Assembly: GCF_036321535.1 (NCBI RefSeq)
Contig: NC_087436.1
Location: 20,834,001-20,898,000, forward strand
Length of the DNA stretch: 64,000 bases
Reading direction: 5' to 3'
Source of the DNA: Camelus dromedarius
Lineage: Eukaryota
Shown here: piece after piece, positions 36,298 to 47,650 of the stretch
Position numbering within the stretch: position 1 is the stretch's first letter
Layout of the letters: the number at the start of each line of letters is the position of its first letter
Notes under the pieces: generated by a model
Databases searched by the model: none
Told to the model about the DNA's origin: nothing
What the model saw: the letters and a program-made list of their open reading frames with translations, nothing else
Translations under genes and position numbers: made by a program

Positions 36298-37216
36298 GGT
36301 GTCAGACGATGGCAAAAATTACATCACATCATGTTTTCTAGCTTCATGAGATACTCAGCTGCTGCAATTTGTAAGAGTCAGTAAAACAAGCTAAACTCTT
36401 CAATACCACATGGAGGTGAGCTAAGTTGACATGAACTATGAAGACCCTTGAAAGCTCATTTGGATAAAGAGCTTCAGCGTGCAATCTCTCCAAATAAGCT
36501 TATAATCACAGTCTCAGCTTTGGGACTCTCACTTGTGTGTGTTGTCAATTCGTTTCTCACTTAAAGTAAAATGGAAGGGTGAACAGGAACTAGAGAGACC
36601 ATTTTTACTTTCAGTTTTGGCTTGGTGTTAGCGGGTTTAACAATAATCCCATGGAATCTAAGATGTAATTATTTCCCGTTTCTCAAAATTGAAAACTCCT
36701 CAGGGTTTTTTGTTTTGGTGGGGGTTGGGTCTTAAAACTCACTACTTTGGGGGTAGGAGCTTGCTAGAAAGAAACTATTCTGGCTGTTCGGAGGCGTTCT
36801 CTCCATGTAAGTTAAAGTAATCTTTAGAAGAACAGGAGGTGCTGATAGAATAATTGTGTTTACTCTTCCCACTTCATGATTTTTGTCTTATAAACATTGT
36901 TTTGCATTATTGGGCTCCACGTTCCTTTTTCTCATCTGATGTTTTACAAATATTTTTCTAATTGCCTGAGACAGTGTGGTCCAATAAAGTTAAATTGACT
37001 TTGGGTTGAACTTGTTTGTCTGATCTCTTGCCAGAGGTTATAGTCACCCACATGAACTGACTTTCACTCTGTTTCTTGGTCTCTGCCTCTCTCTCCCTTT
37101 TATGTTCTTTTGCTCTCGTTAGCCTTTTTCTCCACTCTATTCTAATATACAACCCTGGAATTGGTTCTCAAGACTTCATAAAGAAATTATTTAAAAAATA
37201 AGATCATCGATATAAA

Positions 37217-37288
37217 TGTATGTATGTATGTATCTATCTATCTATCTATTTTAATCTATCCATCCATCCATCCATCCATCTTCCATCT
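37217..37288. repeat. (TATG)n(TATC)n(CATC)n compound microsatellite
   Basis: Direct reading. Confidence 0.9.
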
Positions 37289-38809
37289 AAATACTTCAGC
37301 CACCTAAATCAACAGATCTGAGTTTCAACCCAAGTCATGGGAGGAGGTGCACTCAATGCTTAGAAAACAAGAGTGCTTGGAATAGCCCATTTGTTTGACG
37401 TCTGGAAACACTTTACAAACAACCTCCAGGAAAATAACAAAGCAAATAGTGCTGGTCTACCGCAATGGAACAGATATGGTGTGTGATCAGTTAGCTGCAA
37501 CCCACAAATAAACACAGACAGGCAATCTAGCAAGCAAAAACAGAAACCACATTATTGTCCATCACAGACTGAAGAGTTTAGAATAAACTTAAAGCCTCAT
37601 ATGTGTGACTTCTAGACTCAGGAAAGAAGGTTAAAAGCTTCAAGGACTCTTCCTGGTTTTGTATAGTAAGCTCCCGAGTTTCCCTTTAACCCCAAAGATC
37701 AACATTTATTTTAACATCTACCCACTTTGACCAAAGCCTAAGTCTTGGGAGTTCTCATTCCTGTTGCTCTCTCTGACTGCTTTTGCAGAATGGAAGCCAC
37801 AGGTTTCGGCTTCTCATGGTGCAGCGACAGTTCCCTTGCTAAATTTCCAGCAGTGAGAGCGTGGCCTGGTCCACCAAAATGGTACCATGAGACGTGAACC
37901 TTTCCCGTGCACTCAACCTGTTTTCACATGAAGTTGGAGTGATATCTCTGGCCAGCAACTCTAGTTTACCAAGAGTAATGAACGTGCACTGCTTGTTTGG
38001 AAATTCTAAACAACTTTTTTTCTTTCTTTCAGGTGCGTCTATCAGATCCGTCATAAAGTTCTTTCACTCAGTCTCTCAGGACAGATGATCACCCTCATCT
38101 CTGTATCATATTCCAATTAGAAAGGTGAACTTCTCATCTTGATCCTTCTTTCCTATCCCTAATTATGGACTCATTTTTTGTCTGAACCTATTTGCAAACT
38201 GGGATTGACCATAACTTAGGCACAAATATAGAACTGTTTTTGTTTCTCCTGAATCTGAAGCAACAATAGTTTGCTTGTTCTTCCAATGTTTCCATCTTCT
38301 CTCTTTGAAACTTTGGTCCCTTTGACTTCTCCTGAATAGTCTACTTTGTTACTATACCTCTGTTTCCTTTTCCTATGGCCTAGGGTAGGGCCACAGTCAT
38401 AGATTAGGTTTATGAAGGTTAGATTAATGTAAATTGGACACTAAGCAGAGAGTCAAGGGAAGAGAGAATGTATTTTGTCTAATATGTTGCGATGAGACAG
38501 GGCCTGTGATTAAGGGTACGGAAGAGGATACAGAGTAACTAACTCACTTCTCCAATGGACATTAGATGCAGACATGAGGCTGGTCATCAGCTTTTACTTC
38601 TCTCATTGCTTCATTTAGAGAAAACTGCAGAATAAACAGAATCCCAGGAGCTATGGGATCAATGGCCAAAAACAGTCTGCAGAGGATACACTCTAGATAA
38701 AACTCCCCTCTGACCTCCTCTAGTGGTGTTCTGTAAGAAACGGCAGCACCCCACTCCTCCTATCCCCACAATTTTACCAGCTCCACAAACTTACAAGAAT
38801 GTATCAAAA

Positions 38810-38981
38810 GAATAAAATAGATAAACAACAAGGCCCTACTATATAGCACAGGGAACTATATTCAACAGCTTGTAATAACCTATAATGAAAAAGAATATAT
38901 ATATGTATAACTGAATCATTATGCTGTACACCAGAAATGAACACAACATTGTAAATCAACTATACTTGAATAAAAAAAAAA
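38810..38981 (+). mobile_element. Lineage-specific L1 3' tail with poly-A
   Basis: Closely similar to 23440-23615: 'ataaacaacaaggccctactatatagcacagggaactatattcaa...' plus poly-A. Confidence 0.85.
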
Positions 38982-39904
38982 GAATTCAATCAGAACCATC
39001 ATTATGTCCTGGTAATAAAAGAAAGAAGACGTGAATAGTCAGTGTAGTTCTTGGTTGATGACACTAATTTTCTGAGAAAGAAGGGAAGAACCAGACACCC
39101 TTCAGTACAATTATGAGGAACTATGGAGTCTATTGAGAAAGGTCAGAGTTCTTCAAATAGAGGAATATTCTTTCTTCAATATATTGTTGAATAAGATGAT
39201 AAGTAATGCTTATATTTAAAAGATATGATAAGGAAATAGGTCTCAGTAAACATCCAGAATGCCCACACCTCTCATTGTTGGGAAGACTGAAGCGGAGATG
39301 GGAGTACCACATTCATTCTTGTCCATGAACTGGTCAGTCCCTCCTCATCTTAACCTTCTCTCCCACGTGACTTTAAAATGGAATACAGGTAAACAAGAGT
39401 CCATATCCAGCTCATGCCTGGGATGCTCCCATGCTCTAAAAGACTTTCACTGAGGAGTGAGAGAGTCTTCTTGCAAGGAGAAGGGACGGAGATGCTGGTG
39501 GGGTTGTAAATTGAGAGACTTGGAGAGGGAAGTGCTTGCAGGCTGGGGCTAAACCTGAGGACAGGAGGGCCATGTCAGAGGGGGCAGTGGCATTTATAAG
39601 GACACCCTCCCTCAGAGGGTTTGCATCATAAAATGACTATTATTTTAATGACTTTATTTATTTATCTATTTGTCTGTTTATTTTATTAGTCATTTCTCAT
39701 TCCAAAAAGATTTGTTGGAGATAGCATGTGCCAGTTACCATTCTAAGGCTTCAATGAACAAGATGAGGTCCCCGCATTCATGGACAGATTTCTTTCACCA
39801 TATAGTTTTATACACACACACGTGTGATTTTAAATTGTGATACGTTTCTTGAAGGAATTAATAGGGAGCATGAGGAGGCAGCAGGAGTAGGGTAGGGAGG
39901 ACAG

Positions 39905-40465
39905 AGGTGACAGATTGATGGACTCAGCATGTCTTCAACTTCCCTCCACCACACCTTCTAGCTGCAGAGACCTACAATTGTAAATTACATTTTAGACTCC
40001 CTTGAACTAGAGTTCTGGATGGGATAGAGGTTCTACCAACCATTGGTACCCGTGAAAAACTTGAACTCAGACACGAGTCAAGTGGGAGATGGTGGCCACT
40101 GGCACACATGTTTCTGGTAAGGATGTAGCAGAGGCAGAGTGGCTCCTGAGCCAGCATTTACCTCAGGTACTTTCCTGAAGGTGACAATGGCATCCCCGGC
40201 TACCTAGTTCCTAGATGTGTAGTTAAGACTGTATGATCCTGCAGCCAGCAGTTATGACAGTGCATCCTGACCCCCTGGTTTCTGTAGTATGCAGAAATAG
40301 CAGTTCTGTTGGTGCACGTTGTTTGTATAATCATCTGGGGACTCAGCATAGAGCCTCCTATTCTGGCCATTCCAACAATTTAGTAAGTATCTAATGGCTT
40401 TCAATTTAAAACGGCAAGAGTAATTTTTGATGTTTGCAATTGAACTCTGGCTGCAAAGAGGGACT
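39905..40465. mobile_element. Old ERVL LTR (LTR16/LTR33-like)
   Basis: 'ttacattttagactcccttgaactagagttctggatg'-like motif near 39985-40020 and a 'ttgcaattgaactctggctg' end. Confidence 0.45.
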
Positions 40466-41135
40466 CCTTGAGCCATGTGGCCAAGAATCACCTCTCTGAG
40501 GATGACTTGAGCTGAAACCATAGGAACTGAAAAGAACCAGGCTGAGAAGAGCTAAGAGAAGGGGATTCCATGCAGGAACTTACAAGTGCAAACATCCTGT
40601 GGCTAACGGAGCTTGCATGTTAGGGAATTAAAAGGAGAATATTCTCATGCAAGACGAGATCAGAGGTTGGTAGAGACCAACTCACGACAAAGGATTTGCA
40701 TATTAGGGCATGGGTGACAGGAAGCCATCAGATGGTATGAAAAAGAGAAGAGCCCTGATCTGATTGATGCCTTCAAAAGCTCACCCTGGCTGGCATATGG
40801 AGAGTGAGTTCGACAGGGAGAAACAGAAACATCCCCTAAAAGGCTATTTTGGGGATTCATGCAAGAGATGATGATGTTTTAGGATCATAGTAGTCAAAAA
40901 AATTCAAAGTTATAAAAAGGACAAATTTAAGACGTATTTTGGAGGGAAAGCTGATAGGAATTGCTGATGGATTGTATGGGAATATGAAAAAGTGGAGGAA
41001 ATAAGGATGACACAACATTTTTAGCTTGAGCAAGTGGGTAGCATGAAGAAGGAGAATTCAGGATGAGGGTCAGATTTGGGTGGGAGATTAAAACAGTTCT
41101 ATTTGATATATGTAAATTGTGAGGTACCTGCAGCC

Positions 41136-41652
41136 TGTGTCAGTTACCTTTTATTGTATGGCAAGCCACTCCAAAACCTAACAGCTCAAAACAACACAAT
41201 TGTTATTTCTCACATGTCTGTACGGCTGGCTCTTTTGTTGGTCTCACTTGACCTCACTCATGGGGCTGCATTCAGCTAGAGGATTTTATAGTCTAGAAGA
41301 CATGAGCTGAGTTCATTCACACATCTGGCAGCTGGTCCTTGCTGTTGCCTGGGAAACCTTAGTTCACCTCCTCTTGGTCCCTCAGCCTCCAGTAAGCTAG
41401 CCTGGTTTCCTTACATGGCAATCTGTCTGGCTAGCAGTCTAAGAAAATGAAAGTAGAAGCTGCGAGTCTTCTTGAAACCAGTGTTTGGACTTTGGACTTC
41501 TATCACATTCTGTTGGTCAAAACAAGGCAGAGACCAGTCTAGATTCAAGGGCAGGAGAAACAGACTGTTGCTCTTATGGGGAAGAGCGCCATAGTCATGG
41601 GGCAAAGAGTCATGGGGGAAATTATTGTTGCCATCTTTGAAAGGAATCATTC
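41136..41652 (-). mobile_element. MaLR LTR (MLT1F/G/H-like)
   Basis: 'ccactccaaaacctaacagctcaaaacaac...catctggcag...cacattctgttggtcaaaacaag...tagattcaaggg'. Confidence 0.75.
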
Positions 41653-41879
41653 AGAGACCCATTCTAGTGGGAATGTCATGTAGGCAGTTAGATATGAGTC
41701 TGGAGCTAAAACGAGAAGTGTCAGTTCACCTATATGATGTCACTGCTAAGTTGTCATCCAAGAATGGAGCACCGACTCAGTTACTGATCTGTTAGATTAA
41801 ATGATACTGTTTGCAAGCTGTCTTTTCTCCCTATAACTCTACTGATTTTTTTTAGCATTGTGTAGAAAAGTCAGATTTT

Positions 41880-42128
41880 TCTATTTTAAAAATAGTTGAA
41901 AAATAAATAAAAAGAATCATATTTTGTGACACATGAAAATCATATAAAATTCGAACTTCAGAGTCGGTACATGAAGAATGAGCCCTGTCATAGTCATTCG
42001 TTTACATACTGACTGTGGCTGCTTTCACAGTCCGAGAGCAGAGCTGAGGAGTTTTGAAAGAGCCCATCTGCTCCATAAGGACGGAAACTTACTATCTGGC
42101 TCTTTGCAGAAAGTTTGACCTTGACCTT
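41880..42128. mobile_element. MER58-like hAT-Charlie element
   Basis: 'tcattcgtttacatactgactgtggctgctttc...tactatctggctctttgcagaaagtttg'. Confidence 0.7.
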
Positions 42129-42985
42129 ATGTAACAGGATGAAAAGCATCTCCACCACACTGCATTGTGTAGTGCTTACACTTCATATTTTTTAGCTATT
42201 GGAGTTAAATGTTGAGAAGTGTTACCCTTTTTCCTATCTTCAGAAAAGTGAGAACTGGAAATACAAGAAATGAAACTTCTCAGATCAAACCTTTGAATTT
42301 TTTACTATCCAATGGGAGGTTATCCACTGCGGTTGAGTCAAAAAATTTTAATCTGGGCCTATGGAGAGCACTTTTGATGATTTTAATACAAGTGTTGAAA
42401 ATGCGTGCCTATACAGGATGCCATGGGACCACTCCTAAGACCATTTGAGTATAAATATAGGGGGTTACAGTGTTTTGCACACTTCTGTAGTCTGAAACCC
42501 TAGAGTGAAGTAGATGAGGTATAATATGAATTGTTTTGGCATCACTGGCCTCATTGAAAGCCCCCATGCATTTGCACATCTGTGTCTGCAAAAAGAAGGA
42601 ATAATTGTTCGGCTCTGCTATTGCTGTTTATGAATCAGAAGAACAAAAAGGCAACAGAATAAACAAAATGTCATGTTCATACAAATCCTGATTAGGGTAA
42701 AATCATCTGGCTGGCATTGCCTGTGTACAACATCACCAACAGAGCTGCCAGCTAGTGAGGGGAGCCTCACAGGTCCCTTGTCTTGGGGCTTCAAAGCTTG
42801 GAACGGCTTATTTGAAGGTTTACACAAAAGCTAGATCTACCCAAAAGAGTTAAGATCTAGTCTCTGAGCGTTTGCTATTATTAAGCAACTTGTCTTTAAG
42901 AATCCCCGAAGTCCTAGGCGATGTCTGAATAACTGACTATCCGTTACAGGGCGATTTCCAAAATATGTTTGATTCATACCTTTGA

Positions 42986-43140
42986 GCAGGGTTTCTCCCC
43001 CTCAGCACTACTGACATTTGGGGCCAGATCACTCTTTTTGTGAGTCCTGTGCACTGTAAGATGTTTACCAGCATCCCTAGCCTCTTCCCACTAGATGCCA
43101 GTAGCACCCTCCCCATTCTGTCACATGCAACCAAAGCATC
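42986..43140 (+). mobile_element. MER20-like hAT-Charlie element (truncated)
   Basis: 'cagcactactgacatttggggccagat...tgcactgtaagatgtttaccagcatccct...cccactagatgccagtagcac'. Confidence 0.8.
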
Positions 43141-43439
43141 CTGAACTGCACAGCATTTCAGGATCTGCTCAGTCCTCCCTGCCCCATGCTCTAAACCCAG
43201 TCAGTTTGTCTACATGGGCACACATGGATGCTACAGCCACGTCTGACTATTGCCATAGTCATGGGGCAAAGAGTCATGGGGGTGATATCGCCTTAAATCT
43301 ACTAATATTTTCTCCCTCAGTGAAATAACATCTTTTTTTTTTTAACTTCTAGTTTTATAGTATAATTCTATCTATGAGGGCAGACTGAGTTTCTATATAA
43401 ATAGACTCAAAATATATAATTGCTAACACTCCACAGAGG

Positions 43440-43778
43440 TTAGCTTATTACTCACTTAATAGTTCAAAGACGTTTCTATGATGTAATAAATCAGGAAACT
43501 GAACTTCTTCCATCTTGGGAGCCCACCATTCCTAGAGTCTTGACATTTCCATCTGCCTGCAGCCTGTGGAAGGATAAAGAGAGAGTTCAAAGAGTGAAAA
43601 CATCCACCTCTAAAGAGCCGTGGCTCAGAAACGACATGCATCACGGCTGCTCGTGTTCCATTGAGAAAAGTTAGTCTTTTGGCCTCGCATAACAGTAAAG
43701 GAAGCTGGGAATATAGCCTTGTTATAAGCCAAGGAAGAAAGGAAGCAGGGTGCTTGTGAACAGCTAGTCTCAGCCACA
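43440..43778 (-). mobile_element. MaLR LTR fragment (MLT1J/K-like)
   Basis: 'ttccatcttg...catcacggctgctcgtgttccattg...aaggaagctgggaatatag...tctcagccaca'. Confidence 0.6.
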
Positions 43779-43789
43779 AAAAAACCCAT

Positions 43790-43920
43790 GTTAAATCTAA
43801 AAAAGGACACAAATCAACTTGGCTACAAAACAGAAACAGACTCACAGACATAGAGAGCAAAATTATGGTAACCAGGGAGTAAAGGGGGTGGGAAGGGATA
43901 AATCGGGAGTTTGAAATTTG
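43790..43920 (+). mobile_element. Lineage-specific L1 3'UTR internal fragment (no tail)
   Basis: 'tacaaaacagaaacagactcacagacataga...gggagtttgaaatttg' matches the reverse complement of ~52230-52350. Confidence 0.75.
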
Positions 43921-43924
43921 CACC

Positions 43925-44072
43925 TCTTGGGGAGTGACGGAAATGCTGGCTATCTTGATTGTGGTGGTGGTTTTGTTGGTATATACATCTACCAAAATTC
44001 ATCATATTGTTCATCTGAAATATGTGTAGTTTACTATACAGGAATCATACCACAATAGAGGTGTTTTAAAAA
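43925..44072 (+). mobile_element. Old L1M 3' end
   Basis: 'gacggaaatgctggctatcttgattgtggtggtggtt...aaaattcatca'. Confidence 0.7.
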
Positions 44073-44289
44073 AGCACATCAAATGTCACCTTTCTCACCC
44101 ACCAGACAGGATCTTTCTGTCTATGATCCTGTGCACTCTGCAGGTGGCATTTGGCTGTGCTCGAATCATGAATGCCCTTTTCACCCAATTAGCATTTTTC
44201 TCCAACTAGATTCTAAGTTTTTTTGAGAATACCAAGTATTTTTATGGTTTCCTATACCTTGGCTACCGTACCTAGGTTGGAAGCTTCAT

Positions 44290-44450
44290 TCTGAAACGAG
44301 TCACCTGGAGTGCTTGTTAGCGAGCAGGTTGCTAAACCCCAGTCCCAGAGTTGCTGACTCAGTTGGTCTAGGGTGGGGCTTAAAAATTTGCATTTCCCAC
44401 AAGTTCCTAGGTGATTCTGGTGATGTTGGAAAGCCGCTGACATGGACTAT
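44290..44450. mobile_element. MER5A-like MITE
   Basis: 'gtcacctggagtgcttgtta...tcagttggtctagggtgggg...tttgcatttcccacaagttcctaggtgat'. Confidence 0.8.
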
Positions 44451-45834
44451 ACCAAGTCTTAACTGACTGTGCAGTTAACAAACAGTAAGGGGCACACTTC
44501 TGAATTTTTAGCATTAGGAGGGAGGCACAGAATTAGGCATATGCTGCCTTTTTAACCTGCTTCTTTTAACCTCCTTTTTAACCTCCCTTCTTCATGTCCC
44601 TCTCATGTCTCTCTTCTGAACCATCTTATCGGAATAGAGAAACCTGAACCGATGACTTTTGGCTTTGTTTCTTTTTTAAAAATCATAGTTGGATTTTTAA
44701 ACAATAGGAGGAATTTTACACTCCATTTTGAAAAGTGATTTAATTTAAAAAGTGTTAATCTAATTTTTTTAAATCCTCAAATTTGTCCTGGGGGAACGGA
44801 ATAGAAAACGCTAAGAAATTTAGGAGAAAAATGGTTCTTTCGGGTCTCTGTTATTTTTCATGATAACTATAAAGTAGCCAGTAAGAAAAATGACATGTCC
44901 TTTGAAGTGACAGAGAATTTTGGTTATTTTTTAAAAATCCATGTTTTTCAAGTATAAACTCATTACAGTTTTATCCCATCCAACAATACAGTCTCTTTGG
45001 AAAAGTAATAGTATCACCGGATGTATAATTTTCTCTTTAAAATAATAAAGACATTTTTAGTCTGACCAAACATTTCTGAAATTCTAATAAAATAAATGCC
45101 TTCCTTATATTTTCTGGAAGATACTAAGTAAAATCATAAGAGATGTAAGGGTCAGATGAGTTGCTATGTCATAATGAGAAGGACCAATTTACTCTGGATT
45201 TAAAAAATATCTGTGTAGCTAATGAGCTTCATTTCCATTATACCTGTGTCCCCTGTGAGGGGTGGAACTGGAAGTCATGCAGAGCATGACGCAGAGTAGT
45301 TGGCAGGAGAGGGTAAGGCCTGAGAGCAACGATTTTGGGGAAAGCAACTTCGGTAAAGAGTGTCAGGAAAGACAAAGTTCCTAGCAAGTGAAACACCACA
45401 GTTCGGGCCCTAAGCAACGTAACCACAGTAGACTCTGGGAAGGCAGAGGCCAAGGGAGCCCTGAAAGGTAAGATGGTGAGATGGGCCATCTAAAGGGTAA
45501 CACTTCTGACAGCAAAAGGGGATGCTGTTAGCAGCCTCACCAAGACCACAGATGTAGACTGGGGCTGTCTCAGCAAAACGTGGCTGTATTTCCCTGACTC
45601 ACAGGTGAAGGAGGACGCTGGACGTACTGTAGGGGATTATGACAGCTGACAGGAGATTAAGGCACAGATCAGTTCACCAGGTTGGCCATCAATCTAGGGC
45701 TCATACCTCCTCCTGAAGTATCTGGACCAGTTTCGAATCTTGACGTTTTTATTTTTAAATTAACATTATTATTTCTCCCACATTGTGAAAACTCTCAGAC
45801 GCCTCCTGATCTAACAACGGGTGGGAGATGGTAC

Positions 45835-46030
45835 CGTGTGGGAGTTAGCATGGTCTTAGACAGGCCGCAGCAGGAAGACTGGTTCTACTGCTTTCCAGCT
45901 GTGTGATCGATCTTAACCTGCTTTCTCATCTGTGAAGCAGGGACAAGAATAACTTTTTCAGGCTGTCATAAGGATTGAATTAGACAGTGTACACAAGTGT
46001 GTGACGTGGTGATTGCTGCGTACTCAGTAA
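45835..46030 (+). mobile_element. MIR SINE
   Basis: 'cagctgtgtgat...tttctcatctgtgaagcaggg...aggattgaattaga'. Confidence 0.6.
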
Positions 46031-47439
46031 CTTTTTCTAACAGCTCCTAGGCTACAAAATCTTTCAAATTTAGAAAAGACACAAGCACATTTCATCAGTT
46101 CTTTTTCCTAATTTACTCACTTATTTGGTAGATACTTATTAAGTCCTTAATACACGCTAGGTGTTCTGTTAGGCATCAACTGTAAAAAAACAAAACCATC
46201 TTGGCCTCAACTTACAGAGATTTCAGAATAATTAAGAATAAAGAATAAGGAGGAAACAGAGTATCACATAAGGAAACAGTTTTATGTAAAATTTCAACTG
46301 AGATTTCAGGATAGAGACTTCCCTATCCTGTACCTTAAGAGTGAAATCTGACTGAGTCTCGGAGAACCAGACAGATTTTGTGTGGAAAAGATCACTTTGC
46401 TTGAGGTTTCAGAGCAGAGTAGGGGGATTTCAGAGTGGTTGTGAATAGTCCGTTTAATGGCACATCGCATTAGCCCACGAAAGAGATGACTCTATTTTTC
46501 CCTCCAGAAAATAAGGTGATCATACTGCCAAACTCACCACCTGCTGGTGGGACAGCAGTTTGTCTTGGGCCCACTGGACAAACAGGCAGACTTATGACCT
46601 TGATATTTACGTTAGCAGATACTCAACTGGATCTTATCCTGCATGTTCACATTTAAAGCAAAATTTCTGCCTAGAATATCAGTACTTTATAATCATGTGC
46701 TATTTATTCAAAGGTGCAAATTTTAACAGCAGAGGAAAAAAAATTCAAGTATAGGAGTTTAAAAGCAATATACTGCCCTGAGGTACATGGAATATATGAA
46801 TTTTGCATGGGCCGGGTTCTCAGAGAATCTTCCTGTCTCTGACTTGTCTTCAGGATAAGTTTTCAGGAAATCATTTCGAATGTAAATTCTCCTTAGCCAC
46901 TCTTGCAAGTAGACTCCCCACAGTCTTACAACTTTAACAATGACTCGATCTAACTTCATATCCAGAAATGGATGCTCAGGGTTTTCTTCAACATCATTTA
47001 CAACTTTCAGCTCTCTTAACATTTACACACGTGAATGAAGGCACTTTGCGGGCAGAGGTGAGACCACGTGGACTGTGGAGAAGGGGACGGGCAGACCCAG
47101 CAGTGGAGGAAGAGATCAGGGCAGAGCACGTGGCCATGCGGAGGAGAAAAGCACATGTCAGCGTGGCATCCACTTACACGCGCCCTGATCAGCATCTATT
47201 TTCTACAATGCCCATCACAGAATGTTCAAAGAGAAATGAAACCCAAAGCAATGCTTCATCAAATGCTTAAGAAAAGAAAACGTGTACCTTGGTGCTACGA
47301 GTCTTTTCACACACTGCTGAATGTGGGTCCCTGATTGTCCAGAAGAAAGGGAGATTCTGAGAGTTTTTTCCTTGCAGTTGCAGTAAGATTCTGGATATTA
47401 CATGCAAATTATGCTTCTCATTTTAAAGACCTTTAGAGC

Positions 47440-47650
47440 CTGCTGTTTTTAAACTTCTGAGGCAGACCTGGGGTTGAGCTCTCCACTCACTATTTGACCC
47501 TGGACAAGAAGATGTTCAACCCTTTAAATTTCCATTTCTCAAGCAGCTAAAAATGAAGACAGACACTTACCTCATAGGTTGGCTGAAAGAATCAAATGAG
47601 ATAATGTAAGAAAGGTTCTTCACAATAATAGCACTATAAATTAATAATAA
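47440..47650 (+). mobile_element. MIR SINE
   Basis: 'cagacctggggttg...tgaccctggacaag...acctcataggtt...aaatgagataatgtaa'. Confidence 0.6.

Larger units (their letters stand above)
39655..41720 (-). mobile_element. L2 element split by two LTR insertions
   Basis: Antisense L2 motifs at ~39660-39880, ~40480-41130 and ~41655-41720. Confidence 0.6.

Noticed and set aside
43456..43995. 179-aa ORF, the longest in the window
   Set aside because: It runs across three unrelated repeat fragments (old L1, young L1, MLT1), so it is a fortuitous frame.
46759..47022. 87-aa ORF with protein-like composition
   Set aside because: No family that I recognise and no convincing splice sites. A BLASTp/PhyloCSF check would settle it.
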